Positions 12,818-24,873 of a stretch of 64,000 bases of DNA are shown piece after piece. Positions within the stretch are counted from its first letter, which is position 1, and every line of letters begins with the position of its first letter. The notes beneath the pieces are model-generated. The model had not been told where the DNA came from and searched no databases. It saw only the letters and a program-made list of their open reading frames with translations. The position numbers and the translations under genes are program-made. Origin of the DNA: Rhizophagus irregularis (Eukaryota); assembly GCF_026210795.1 (NCBI RefSeq), contig NC_089433.1, positions 1,984,001 through 2,048,000 on the forward strand. The letters run 5' to 3'.

Positions 12818-15800
12818 CACCCCGGAGTAATAAAGCTTTTCTCAAGCTTAACTGACCTTAATTATAAGCCTGGTCATAATAATCATGTGTATTTCCAAAA
12901 CTTGTCTATCAGTAAAGATGATGTCGCTCTTCTAGATACTTATGATCCTGAAGAGATTTTAAATAAATATATAGTTCGGGTTGCAGGAAAGGGCTTTACA
13001 GTAGTCGATCATCCATCCGAAGTTTATGGGTTTCCTGATGCTCACGAGTGCATTGATGGGAATTTGCCTCTCCGTCTGGTTCTAGATATTGATGCGAGGC
13101 AAAAGCCCGATCCCATGAATCCTAAATTTCCTTCCTTAGATGAGAGTAAAATTTCTCGTGAAGATTTATTATCCAAAATCTTAATTGCCTGTGTCGATAT
13201 TATAAATACTGATTTAAATTTTGCAATATTAGATGCTTTTACTTTAGCCAGCTCGTCTAATGCTAATAAATGCAGTTGGCATATTGTATATAAATATGCA
13301 CGGTTTATTGACTACAGAGATCTTAAGGGTTTTGTGGAAAAAGTCGCTGATAAGGTTGGAAAACCATACTCAAAGTTTATTGATATTGGACTTTATAAAT
13401 ATCGCTTTAGTCTCCGGCTCCTTGGATCAGCAAAGGAAGATAGAGTTAAAAGACCTGCGATTTCTTCAGTTAAGAAAGGATATCACAAACTAGAAGATTA
13501 TTTAGTTCAGCCTAAGTGGAACGCTTCTGAAATCTGGCCACAGACCTTTTCTCCTGAGAAAGAAGAGAAGAAATTTCAGCCCATCGAAGATGAAACCGCC
13601 TTAAGTAACGGAGCCAGCTTAGTTATCGCAAAATATGGATGGCTTGAGATCAGAAAAATTGGGAATGGATTTGTCCACTTTCAAGCCCAATTATATGAAG
13701 CATGTCCTATTTGTGAAATCAAGCACGAAAAGGATCAGTTATATGGCTTTCTTCGAAGTAATGGCTGTTTTGTACTCAAATGCTATCGGCAGAAAATTAT
13801 AAACCAGATCATAAAGGATTAGCATTTGGAAAAGTGATCAAAATTTCTGCAAAACCTAAGCGAGGAATAGTCGAAAGAATAGGTGATGCTATATCAAATC
13901 CACGCCCCCTTGTAGAATTATCAGAGACAATGATTAATGTAGAAAAATTAAAGGATGCTCCAGAAGTATATCCCGATTTCTTGGGTATTAAGAAAATGAC
14001 AACACTTATTCGTTCTCCTCTGGGAACATGGAAAACCACTACATTAAGAGAGATTATTATGGCATTGAAAAATAAGATACATGATCTCTCTTCTTTGCCA
14101 TGTTATATCTGGGTTTCTTACCAAAAGTCTCTTAGTAATGAATCAAAAACGAAACTTGATGAGCTAAAAGCATCTGGTTTTCGAATTTGCAATTATCAAA
14201 ATATACAAGGAGACTTATCTATAAATGAGTGGGATATTATCATAGTACAGGTTGAGAGTCTTTTCCGTATCGAGTTTACAGCCCGTCCATTTGTAGCTAT
14301 TCTTGATGAAGCTAATGCCATTATGCGTCAAATGTTTAGCGGTACAAATGCACGAGAATCTGAGAATGCAATACGTGATGTACTAAGATCTGCGAGACAT
14401 GTTTTGGCCATGGATGCTTTTGCAAATAAATCAACACTAACCTTCCTCCAGACTTATCGTGGTGAAAATATTTGCATAGTTGATAATAAGTATCAGCCTC
14501 GTATAGGTGAGACAGTTGAATTTATTTATGATCCGAATAGCGGAGCTGAAGCCATGCGAATAGGATATGATCTTTTGAGGCAGGGCAAACGTGTAGCATT
14601 CGTATCTACTGGAGCAGTGATGGCTAGAGCGTTAGTAGAAAAAGCATCTAAGTTGTTTAAACCCGACAATTCTCCTGTTAAAGCCCGTGCATATTATGGG
14701 AATATGGATGGGAAGCAGAGACAAAAAGACTTCTCTAATATTGATGTTGCTTGGGGTGAGCTTGACTGTGTAGCTTACACAAATACAGTGGAGGCGGGAA
14801 TATCATTTGAGGTTACGGGCCATTTTGATATAGTTATAGCTATTACAAACATCACCACTCCAGTTCATGTTGAGGCTCTTGCGCAAATGCTTTATCGAAT
14901 TCGTGACTGTCCTTGTCGTATTGTTTCTGTGTTTTATCAAAAAAATTCTAATGAACTTTTTCGTCCACCAGGTCGTGAAAATATCCGAGCAGAACTTGAA
15001 AGTGCTCGACCTAATAATTTGCCTACATCAATAAAGGGTCACTGTGAATGGGATAGCAACGCCGTTTCTTATAAAATCGATGAATCTCCTGCTGTAATAA
15101 CATTTGTCGAAGTTGAGCATCAGAAACGGCTTTCTGCGAGATATTTTATTGAGAAGCTTTGTAGTCTTATAGCCAGTACTGGTGCTTCTCTCCAACTAAT
15201 AAAAATGGATGAGAGCCGAGGAGTTATAGGGAATCGTAAAAAAGTCCGCAATGAGGTTAGAGTTGAAGCACTAGTTATCAAGGAAACAGATTTTGATGCA
15301 GTTGCTACTTCCCGAAATCTCGATCCTGAAGAAGCTGAAAATCTTAAGTTTGACCAAGAACGCTCTATCCCAGATACTATGGCACTTAAACGTTTCTATA
15401 TGCGAAATATTTATGGTAAAGATATAGACAATGAGATTTGGGATAATCTTTGCAATAAAAAGTTTGTAAAACATTTCAGTCCGCCCGAACCTCGGAAACA
15501 TTTCTTGTGGTTATCTCACTTTAGAAAGCAAGGCTATGATGAGGAAAGTGCAATGAAAGGGTTAGAGGTCAAAGATATTGCGCAATGGGAAGATAGCCAT
15601 TATAAAGCTGGTTATAATTCTGAGAAATCAATAGCAGAGGACTTGCACAAATCATATTCAGCTAATCATTGGAAAGTTATAAGGGAACTCTTTCAAATAC
15701 TAGGCTTTACCGGCATAGATGATAAGCGTATTCTTTCCAGTAATATAATATCAGAAACATTCACACAATCCTGCGAGAGGTTTATAAAAGTCCTGGATCA

Positions 15801-16095
15801 ATCCCTATTACTCTTCGGATTTAAGTCTCGTGCTAAGGTAACATCGGATCTTAATTCAGCTATAAGGGCAATTAATGCAATTGCTGGAAATTGGTGTGGC
15901 TATACTGTAAAGATAAATAGGAAAAAAATAGGGCCTAAAGAAAAACAGGTTTGGGAACGTTCATATCAAATTAATCGGCAACCATATGATGGTCTTGGTT
16001 TTGGAGATAAAGGTACGCCAGAGCTTCCACCATATAGGCCGAAAACAGATAATGATATTCAGGAACTCTTTGATTCTATAGGGCAAGACAAATAA
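12788..16095 (+). CDS. AEP primase-polymerase + zinc-binding domain + UL9/origin-binding-protein-like SF2 helicase; one frameshift near 13795
   Basis: AEP motifs LVLDID, SWHIVY, IDIGLY; zinc ligands CPIC..H...C; helicase RSPLGTWKT, LDEAN, AMDA, YTNTVEAGISF, QMLYRIR; the two ORFs overlap at 13780-13822. Confidence 0.85.
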
Positions 16096-16120
16096 TACTT
16101 CAGCTCAGATCGTTATTCAA

Positions 16121-16387
16121 CTAAGTCTTGACCATATCTGATTCTGTTTTAGTTTTTTTACTTTCGCGCCAGGCATGGTCATAAATTCCACCATGTGTGC
16201 TACAGATTCCAGTATCGGAATAGGTTCCCATCTTACAAACAGGGCATATTGTTCTAGGACGGGCATAAAAATGTCTGGAACATCCTAATTCGCTCATGCA
16301 CCCTTTTCCACAAATCGAACCATCTCTCTTGATATATTGGCAGATAAAACGACCCATACGAGGTAATTTTGATACTAATAATCTCAA
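16121..16387 (-). CDS. Small Cys/His-rich putative zinc-finger protein
   Basis: CQYIKRDGSICGKGC...CSRH...CPVC...CSTH. Confidence 0.6.
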   Translation of the reverse strand: MRLLVSKLPRMGRFICQYIKRDGSICGKGCMSELGCSRHFYARPRTICPVCKMGTYSDTGICSTHGGIYDHAWRESKKTKTESDMVKT

Positions 16388-16479
16388 AACTTCATCTTCA
16401 CTTTTATTATAGATATTTAAAATTCCTTTGCTTTAGCGGGTCAGCTTAGTAACCGCGTCTTCGGCCAAAGTTACAAACC

Positions 16480-16734
16480 CTACTCACTCTTTTTGCGACT
16501 CTCTAGCCAGTTTTTCTTATACATCATACGAAAGCCAGTTCGAGAATGGATTGGCCCATTATAGGATGCACACATTTTATTTGGTGGAGACTTATAGTGT
16601 CTGACACACCCGCCCTCGCGAAAGTATCTTTTCCCGCCGATAGACCCATCATCTTTCTTATTTAGGCAAGGCCAAGTTGGGTAATTCTCGTCCTCCGAAT
16701 CAGATATGTATTCATCAAAGAGACCAAAGGGCAT
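16480..16734 (-). CDS. Degenerate paralog of the adjacent zinc-finger protein
   Basis: KKDDGSIGGK...GCVRH...SRTGF...WLESRK aligns with the 16121 ORF; shared upstream sequence. Confidence 0.5.
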   Translation of the reverse strand: MPFGLFDEYISDSEDENYPTWPCLNKKDDGSIGGKRYFREGGCVRHYKSPPNKMCASYNGPIHSRTGFRMMYKKNWLESRKKSE

Positions 16735-17004
16735 AGTACTTCTTTCTGGAAAAGTTTTTAAGATTAATATACGTTAAACTTATCTTCATTTTTATTATAG
16801 ATATTCAAAAATATATTATGCCAGTCTGGGAAGTGCCTTAATGGCAGAGCATAAGCTATATCATTTTTTTTTTCGCTCCTAGTCAAGAGCCATCTCTGTT
16901 ATTTTTCCTTTTCGAAGAAGTATAGCTCTGAGGGAATTTTTCGAATTGAATTTTTTCTCACATAATATAAGTAGAAGAAACAACTGAAGTCTACTTATAT
17001 CAAC

Positions 17005-18322
17005 ATGTCTACTGTAGAACCCACCCAAAAGACCCGGAAAGCGAAAACTAATAAATTTGTTTTGATTCTAGAACAGTTCTTAGAAATATATAACTTATCC
17101 GCAGAGTCCAGCCCAGAGCAATTAAGCGAACATGCCCTGAACTTAATGCTTTACTTCCAGATTGGAAGGCCCGTAAGTGCGTTAAGGAAGCCCTTGCGAG
17201 AGGCACTGAAAAGAGAAGTGCATTTAGCAAAGAGCAGAAAGAGGCTCTCGTGCCAGATCAGAGAAATATAATATATTCAGTCAGGAAAAGGGCTCAAGAA
17301 GTCACTAAAAGTGAAGATAAGTGGGATATTTTTATTAATACTTTAGATTTGGGACCAAAAGGAAGTAAGGATGGAGTAATTGATGATAAGGAAATGGTTG
17401 CTTCTAGCTCAAACCAATCACGATTTCGTAAGTATTTAGCAGAATACGGGGCCGATCGTGAACTTATTGATCGCTATGCCAAAGATTCAAAGACCACTAC
17501 AGCTTCCAATAAAATCCAGCAAGAGCGGACTGAGAAGCGCTTGGCTAATCCAGGTAGAACTCCAGAACATTTCACCTTTGAGAAAGTGCATAGGAGACTC
17601 CAGAATATCGATACTTCTAAAATTCCCTCTATGCAGGATCTCGCGGATGTGAGAGTGATGCTGATACGATGAGGCCTGCTGAAGTATCATCTCTCCAGAT
17701 TATTAATTACAAACCAGATTCCGAAGATCCGCCAGCGTGGTATAAAGCTGGTTATTCTTGGTATTGCACTGGATGTCGCAAACAGAGAGATAAACCGATG
17801 CCTATGCGCTTACTCTCTATGGAAAAGGATCCAGAACGTGCTAGGGAATTACTTACCTGGATTCAAGACGCTATTAAGGCTGGGAAGTTGCGTGATCCAG
17901 TTTATACTGAAACTGGAAAGCGTAATAATGTGCCATTTGCCAAATTCATAAAGAGTTTAAAAACTAATCAGGACGAAGATGAGATTACCCCCGAGCTTCT
18001 AAGAAAAATAGGAGCTAAACACGCCTCGATGATTCATGCCGGTCCAAATCCAACCCCTCAACATCTCGACAATCTTTCAGAAATCGCATTAAGACATAAA
18101 ATTAACCGTCTTGATGCAGGAAAAAATTACGCTTTGGGTGATCCAAAATCAAAGAAGGAGCCCAAATCTGAACCAGAGACAGGTGATGGTCCAAACCCCC
18201 AAACACAGGCTTCTTCACCTGCATCTCAGTCTAGAAATAACGATCCAAAAAAGTCTCAGACTATGGATATGGATTCAATGTTAGCAGAAATCGATGCAAT
18301 GTTAGCTGAAATTCGGAAATAG
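17005..18322 (+). pseudogene. Tyrosine recombinase, protelomerase/telomere-resolvase-like; two frameshifts (about 17136 and 17668)
   Basis: Ordered catalytic-type motifs MRPAEV (R), TGCRKQR (K), LLRKIGA (R), IALRH (H), AGKNY (Y); three ORFs join into about 440 aa. Confidence 0.72.
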
Positions 18323-18885
18323 ACGAGCCATACACAGCGCCTTCGGCCAGATTGTGCGATAAATATTCAGTTTATTTTTTTCAGATATATAAAAATGTTA
18401 AGAAGTGATATAGATGAAATGCCAGGTTGATTAATCAGCCCTCCCTTATTTCTCATATTTGTTCAGAAAAAGAATAGATTAATTGAATCAGACAAACTAT
18501 CTGGTAATGGCTAAAAAATCAAGAAATAACAGGCGCAAGACAATGGGTAAGTTTACTACTAATCCCACACAATATTTGCCCCTATGCAATCCAGCCAAAT
18601 ATGAGCACACATATGATAGGGCAACCGGCTTTATCACTGTCAAGAATAAAAGACAGGATAGGATTGTAGGCGTGTTCGATTATCCCGAGCTGAGTGAATA
18701 TCTGGGAGTTCGATCCAACTAGTCCGGAGCGGTGATCACTTCGCTCGAAAGAAGAATTTGCTGGGCCACTCCTGTGCGACAGAAAAATAAGTGGATCATC
18801 AGTCAGGTCATGTGCAACATAATTTTCACATATACTGAAAAGAAGCTATGCACGCTAACAGTACTTTATTTTTTATTAAGTATAA

Positions 18886-19674
18886 TTGATCTACAATATT
18901 AGCAAAATGTTTGATGACGCGGATGAGGCCTATAATGAATTTATCAAAGAATATGGGGAAAGGTATGAATGGGGCAATGAAGGAATTCCCGAATTTACAC
19001 CAGAGTGGGAAGACTGGGAAGATCTTTTTTGCGAAATCAAAATCTATTGGAAGACAAAGGCAATTAGGCATTGGAAAGAAAAAATACTTAAGAAATTTAT
19101 ATATAGTCTGCCCGGTATAAGAAATCCAGCATCATTATTCCATGTATTCATACAATCCAATGCTTTTTACCTCCCACAAATTTTAAGCCTAATAGAATTA
19201 CCGTATAGTGCCGAGGAACTTCGATGGGAAATATGGCCGGATGGTAAAGATACAGATGAGATCAAGGTAGAAAATAATGCAGATGAGGTTGATAAGTTCC
19301 GGTGTGGATCATTGCTTCAAGATGAAGACTCAATAGTGGATTATTACTCGAAGATAAAGAGATGTAACGATGTTATCAAACTCTGTAAAAATCATCTTAA
19401 AGAAGTATTCATTAAAGGGTTAACGCCCAAAAATAAGCATTTCGCTTTAATGGATTTTGAATATATTTTTCCACCAGATTTACCTCTTGATGTATTGGTA
19501 ATAATGCTTATTCAAGTAGAAAAAGGTACAACGTCTAAACTACTCTTGCAAGCATGCTTAGACTTTATATCACAACAGCAAAGATTTGCTATTTATAAGT
19601 CCCCAATCGGTACATACAAGATTCTCGACCGGAAGAGGAAAATGGATGATAACCGTAAACCGTCTTACATTTAG
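18886..19674 (+). CDS. Hypothetical protein (likely start ATG 18907)
   Basis: 262-codon intronless ORF flanked by a direct repeat of about 105 bp. Confidence 0.6.
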   Translation: MIYNISKMFDDADEAYNEFIKEYGERYEWGNEGIPEFTPEWEDWEDLFCEIKIYWKTKAIRHWKEKILKKFIYSLPGIRNPASLFHVFIQSNAFYLPQILSLIELPYSAEELRWEIWPDGKDTDEIKVENNADEVDKFRCGSLLQDEDSIVDYYSKIKRCNDVIKLCKNHLKEVFIKGLTPKNKHFALMDFEYIFPPDLPLDVLVIMLIQVEKGTTSKLLLQACLDFISQQQRFAIYKSPIGTYKILDRKRKMDDNRKPSYI

Positions 19675-20330
19675 GTAAATTTAGGTAATATCAGTCCTAG
19701 TATTGTTAATCGGCTTGGATTTTTTTCGAGTTTCATCATTTTTTCGAAGCATTTTGCGATAATAGTTTTCGTGCCGGATTAACAACACTAATCAGTCCGG
19801 AGCAGTGATCATCAGCTCGGAAGATTTTGCTGAGCCACAAATTGTGCGACAAAATAAGTGGATCATCAGTCAGGTCTTGTGCGACATATTAATTTTTCCC
19901 GAACAAATGTGAGAAAATGTGAAAGGAGGTCTAGTTGCAACACAGGACCAACTCCAAAAGTAAATACTGACGGCAAAAGCATATGTTATGAAAGGCTGAG
20001 GGATAAGCAATTTCGAGATCGCCAGGCGTAAAACCAACTATGTCTTTCCGGTAGATCTACATGTGAAAAGGTATGAGAATTCTATTTGCATGTGCCTTCA
20101 TAGAACTCTTGGCATCATACGACAATGCTAATCACTATTCTTATCTCCTTAACTTCGGCTTGGCGCTCTTTTTCCAGCAAGATATAAAGCATGTAGGAGT
20201 ATGTGGAAGTTCAGCCAACTTTCCGCAAAAAAATTTAAGGTGCGTATGTGATAGAAGTTATGTATGGGAGCGAAGTGCGACATAAAAAATACTCACTATA
20301 GGCTCTTAAATTTAGGAAATTCGCTACACA

Positions 20331-20672
20331 ATGACCGATAACAATGATAGGGATGGTATTGATATCACTCTCAATTGTCTTATCGTTCCCATAGGGAACC
20401 TCTTCGATCTTCCAAGCAACCAAGTAGATCAAGCAATTACAATCAACACAGGTCGAACGGTTGGCGGACTTGAAATTGCAATTCGTAACCGGTTAAACCA
20501 GTTAGGCCTGTTGGGGGTACAATTTTCTAATCTTTCTCTAAGTATTCGTCAGATCCATCCCGGAACAGTTAGCGAAAGACCAATGAACTCTCAAGCCTAT
20601 ATTTCTGTTTTTTTTAATGATCAATTTCAACCTCGAGCGGGTCACTTCCATGTCACCGTATATTCTCCATAA
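20331..20672 (+). CDS. Crinkler N-terminal-like (ubiquitin-fold) small protein
   Basis: ITLNCLIV...TVGGLEIAI...HFHVTV parallels the Crinkler header. Confidence 0.55.
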   Translation: MTDNNDRDGIDITLNCLIVPIGNLFDLPSNQVDQAITINTGRTVGGLEIAIRNRLNQLGLLGVQFSNLSLSIRQIHPGTVSERPMNSQAYISVFFNDQFQPRAGHFHVTVYSP

Positions 20673-21101
20673 TTTTAGTGTTATGTAGCGCTATAGTCGC
20701 AATTTTTATGTATTGTAAGCCGGCTTCCGGCAACGTTTTTATTTCATAAATAAAGTATTTTTATCGAACGTTATGAGAAACGGGTCACGTCTAATGAAAT
20801 GGGGTGCGAACCCGATCACTATGTAATATCGGACTATAAATCTAACCAATCTAGCCTATATAAAAAAGCGTAGCACTATATCAGGTGATAAGTGAGAAGA
20901 GTCTTCACAGTTAGGGAGGCGCAGTGATTAGGCGTTCGTTGCACCATGCAATTGCTGATCATACGGCAGGCTTGTGAAACAGAATAATTTCTCACATATA
21001 GTGCTCACTCAGTATTCAATAAAATTCTTTTTACTCTTGTCCTCATATACCGCACTTTGAGCCAATAACATTTCGCAAAAAATACTATATAAGTCGGAAA
21101 T

Positions 21102-22816
21102 ATGTCTATCACTTTATTCTGTCTCGTTAAAGGAAATACAACCGCGAACGCTTTCTCTGTTAAAATAAACAGGGACGAGCCTATTAGTGAACTCAAGGAC
21201 GCTATTAAGGCAAAAAAGTCACCAGAGTTCGACAATTTTCCTGCAGACAGGCTCAGGCTATGGAAAAAGGAAATTCCTGACGATCAGGACGATCTCTTAA
21301 GCAATCTCATTCTCAATGACGAACCCGAGCTCCTTGCAACAAGAGAAATTGGAGACTACTGGACTGAGAAACCGCCTAAGAGGCATATCCATGTTATTGT
21401 AAAATTGCCCCGTAAGTGTCTGGAGTGTCTGGTATAGTCTAATTTTTCGTCATTTGCCCTTGTAATATTAACACGCATTCGTTTCCAGTTCTCAGCTTGG
21501 AAGAGGCGTTGTCGTGTATTCCACCACCCATAACATATTCTCCGGACTGCGTTACCTCGAAGACCACTACTAAGGCTGTAGGTGACCCGCCGGCAAGTGT
21601 GCAACTTTGGGGAGACTTTTTCGAGCAAGTGAACAGCTTTCATTTCGACCAACAGCCGATATTCGAGAGGCCGAGATTTAATGATAGATTTGCTGTGGTC
21701 GATGAAGAGGATGTTCGTAATGCCATAAATGTTAATATTTGTATGATATTGAATGATCTTACAGGACCAGACTACGTATATTCAAGGAAATCTACTGACA
21801 CTCCCGGCATACCAGATTTCAACTGTCATCTCGTGGGTTCATTGATCTTGGTGATGGAAGCTAAAAGAAAACATGTTTTAGAAGATATGGGGGAACAAAC
21901 ATTTCCCGAATTTTATCAGACGAGTAAAGGCAAGGATGTAGTTCAACAAATCTATAATTATATGGGAGGAAACGAACTTAGATATGGTATTCTCTCCACC
22001 TATGATAATCACTGGTTTCTACTCCGAGAGCATACAGAGCTCCGGATCTCAAAAACCCTCCCACTTCAATCTGAAACTCCACCTGTACTCAAGGCATATG
22101 CTTATCTAACTCGACGGGCGAAAGAGAATCCCAAGTCTCCTAAACCTCAAGTACTAGTGCCGGCTCATGGAGACAATAATTCACGTAATCTTCGGTCACA
22201 TTCGAAATCGACTTCCAGCTCCTCAATAGATCAACAATCAACTTCCGGCACTTTTGCAAATCAACAATCGTCTTCTAACATCCCAGTAAACCAGCAAAAG
22301 TTTAGCTTCGCGGACTTCAAGTTTAAGGGCATACTAGGTGAAGGACGAAGTGGTAAAACACTCCTTTGCGAGTTTCGTGGCGATACGATTGCTTTGAAGA
22401 GCGTAGACTTGTCGAAGGCTCCATCGTATGTTCTGAAAGAAATGCAGAAGGAAGTAGAGATTTACAAGGAACTCGCTGATATCCAAGGCAAGTATATCCC
22501 GAAGTTGGTCTGTTATGGATATTATGGAGGAGGTATGAGCTTCGTTATCGGCATGACTATTGTCGGCACTTCGTTGAGCGACCAAAAAATAAAGAAACAG
22601 CAAAAGACAAGGGCTATTAAGGGATTAGAAGCGATCCACAAGCATGGCATCCTCCACAATGACATTCGGGAGGAAAACATCTTAATTAACGATGACGGTG
22701 GCGTCTATCTGATTGACTTCGGTATGGCAAGTCGGGAGGACACAAAAAAGAAGAGAAAGCTTTTCGAGGAGGAACAGCTCAAATACTCTAACTTGCTAGA
22801 TAGATATAATACGTAA
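21102..22816 (+). CDS. Crinkler-family effector-like protein: N-terminal header + restriction-endonuclease-like domain + protein kinase; intron 21412-21488
   Basis: MSITLFCLVKG, LRLWKK, HIHVIVKLP; the GTAAGT...CAG intron restores the frame; PDF...MEAKR; LGEGRSG, ALK, HNDIREENIL, DFG. Confidence 0.9.
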
Positions 22817-23226
22817 GATTTATTATTTCGCAAATTCCTATTTCTTGCAATCTTGCGAAGCGCCTGCGAAGCGCCTTAATGGCTAACGGCTAATTTTTTA
22901 TAATTAATAATCATGTATTTTACAGACATTTCGTAAAGAAGGAGGGGCGAATTTCCAAGTCACGTAAATGTCAGGTGGTTAGTTAGACTGTAGGGATATA
23001 CATTAGACATTTAGTATAGAAGCGTCATGTATCACGGGCAAAGTCCCGAACATTTGTATTTATTTTTAGCATGTATTAATAAAAATTTTCTTGGCATTTT
23101 CCGAGACCGCGCGGTCCCGGAAATCTGGTGACTTTATAACCTATTTCTCAATGACACAGTTTCTATATAATTATATATACTAACTATTTTTTGAATATTT
23201 CACTTCTTATATAAAATTTATCAATA

Positions 23227-24690
23227 ATGTCATCCGAGCTTGAAGTATTGAAACAGCGTATCTTTGAACTTGAGGCTAAGAATGCCGAGCTTGAAGCCGA
23301 AAAAGCTGAACTTTTAAAGCGGATTATGGAGGAGAATACTAGACGTGATGTTAGAGTTGAGGAACTGGAGCAAAAAAATAAGGAGCTTGAGACCAGACTT
23401 GCGATAGTGGAACAGGCTTCCTTACCAGTGGAAGAGCAGACGTATAATGATAATCCTTCTGACAATAGTACATCTAACTTTAATTCAGTTACAGAGTATC
23501 ATGAGAAACCATTGGTGGATGTGGAAACAGATAATTCCTTTCCTGAAGAGGTTTGCTATAATAAACAAGAACCGTTGGAAGAGAAAGATATGGATAGTTT
23601 CTTGCTTGAGGCTCATAAGAAAATCGTTAGTGATGAGATAAGGCAGAGAAAGCGAGAGGAGAAACTTCAACGTGAATCGACAGTTGCCAGCCCATCATAC
23701 AACTCTGAAAAAGATGATCGGGTGATTTCGGAAATTTCGGGAGAGTTCGAAAAAACCGTTCCCTCAGGGAACGATCAGAGTCATGTGACTTCAGGTGAAC
23801 CGGATCTTCTATCTGTGGAGCAAGACGATGACATGATTCAAGAGGAATCGCTTGATGAAAATCAAATCGTAGAACAAGGCCTAATACATGAATTATGTTC
23901 ATCCATATTACCTGAAGATAATGTCAGCTCTACCGAAATCATCAGCTCTTGCGTTAGTTTAGAGAATTTGATTTCGGGTTCTGCCCAGCACTTATCTTAT
24001 TTATTTGAAACAGCAATAAAATCCAGTCAGCAGGAAATATTAGACTGGTACAATTATTCCTTTGAATTTGAGAGCAAGGTTGATGCTCTTATGGCTGATG
24101 GTAGAATTAAGGATAAAACGGCAAGATCAACGATTTACAAGGAAATGAAACCATTTCTCCCTACTAAAATCACACAAGCTAACTTGCGCAAGAAAACTCA
24201 TAGGGCTAGAAAACATTTTATGTTATTTGGAAAAAATGGGATTGGACTAGATAAAATTAAGCTAGTCTCATATAGCGCAACTGAGATTTCAAAACTGACT
24301 AATGCACAAATCCAAAATGTCATAGATCAAGTAAAAAAATATACTAGTGATCATCAGAGTCATATGACTTTAATAAAAACCGTTCCCTCAGGGAACGATC
24401 AGATTAAGGCTGAGGTAAGTACATCAGCAAATGTATTATCTGTATCTTCCTCCAGTCAATCTAAGCCAACTTATGACCGATCCTATTTTTGCAACAAGAC
24501 ATTGGATCAATATCCAAATTTATATAGAGAATTTAGTAGTGAAAATTTCGATTATTATGGTATTACCGATGAGAAATTATGTCCATTATGCAAGTTAGAG
24601 CATGGTGATGAGGAAAGCATAGAAGGTACATATAAAGCTGGATCTTATTTTATTAAATGTGAACAGCGCGAAATTGAGATGGTTGCATAG
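23227..24690 (+). CDS. Hypothetical protein with N-terminal coiled coil and C-terminal CxxC..H..C motif
   Basis: 487-aa ORF; heptad-rich N terminus; CPLCKLEH...C. Confidence 0.75.
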   Translation: MSSELEVLKQRIFELEAKNAELEAEKAELLKRIMEENTRRDVRVEELEQKNKELETRLAIVEQASLPVEEQTYNDNPSDNSTSNFNSVTEYHEKPLVDVETDNSFPEEVCYNKQEPLEEKDMDSFLLEAHKKIVSDEIRQRKREEKLQRESTVASPSYNSEKDDRVISEISGEFEKTVPSGNDQSHVTSGEPDLLSVEQDDDMIQEESLDENQIVEQGLIHELCSSILPEDNVSSTEIISSCVSLENLISGSAQHLSYLFETAIKSSQQEILDWYNYSFEFESKVDALMADGRIKDKTARSTIYKEMKPFLPTKITQANLRKKTHRARKHFMLFGKNGIGLDKIKLVSYSATEISKLTNAQIQNVIDQVKKYTSDHQSHMTLIKTVPSGNDQIKAEVSTSANVLSVSSSSQSKPTYDRSYFCNKTLDQYPNLYREFSSENFDYYGITDEKLCPLCKLEHGDEESIEGTYKAGSYFIKCEQREIEMVA

Positions 24691-24873
24691 TCAGGTCACT
24701 TTGTGACTACATTTGCCAACTTATTTATTGTGATATTTTTTTACACATGTCAACTATTACCTAATTAGATTGATTTGCAATTATAAAAAAAGGCAACATG
24801 ACCAAGTCCGATAAAATATTAACTCCCGAATACCTGGATTTGGCATGCCAAATTAACTGGGTTACCAAGCATT

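Noticed and set aside
12059..12830. Short ORFs in the TIRs, mirrored at 40648-41440
   Set aside because: They overlap in several frames, have no motifs, and are duplicated only because the TIR is.
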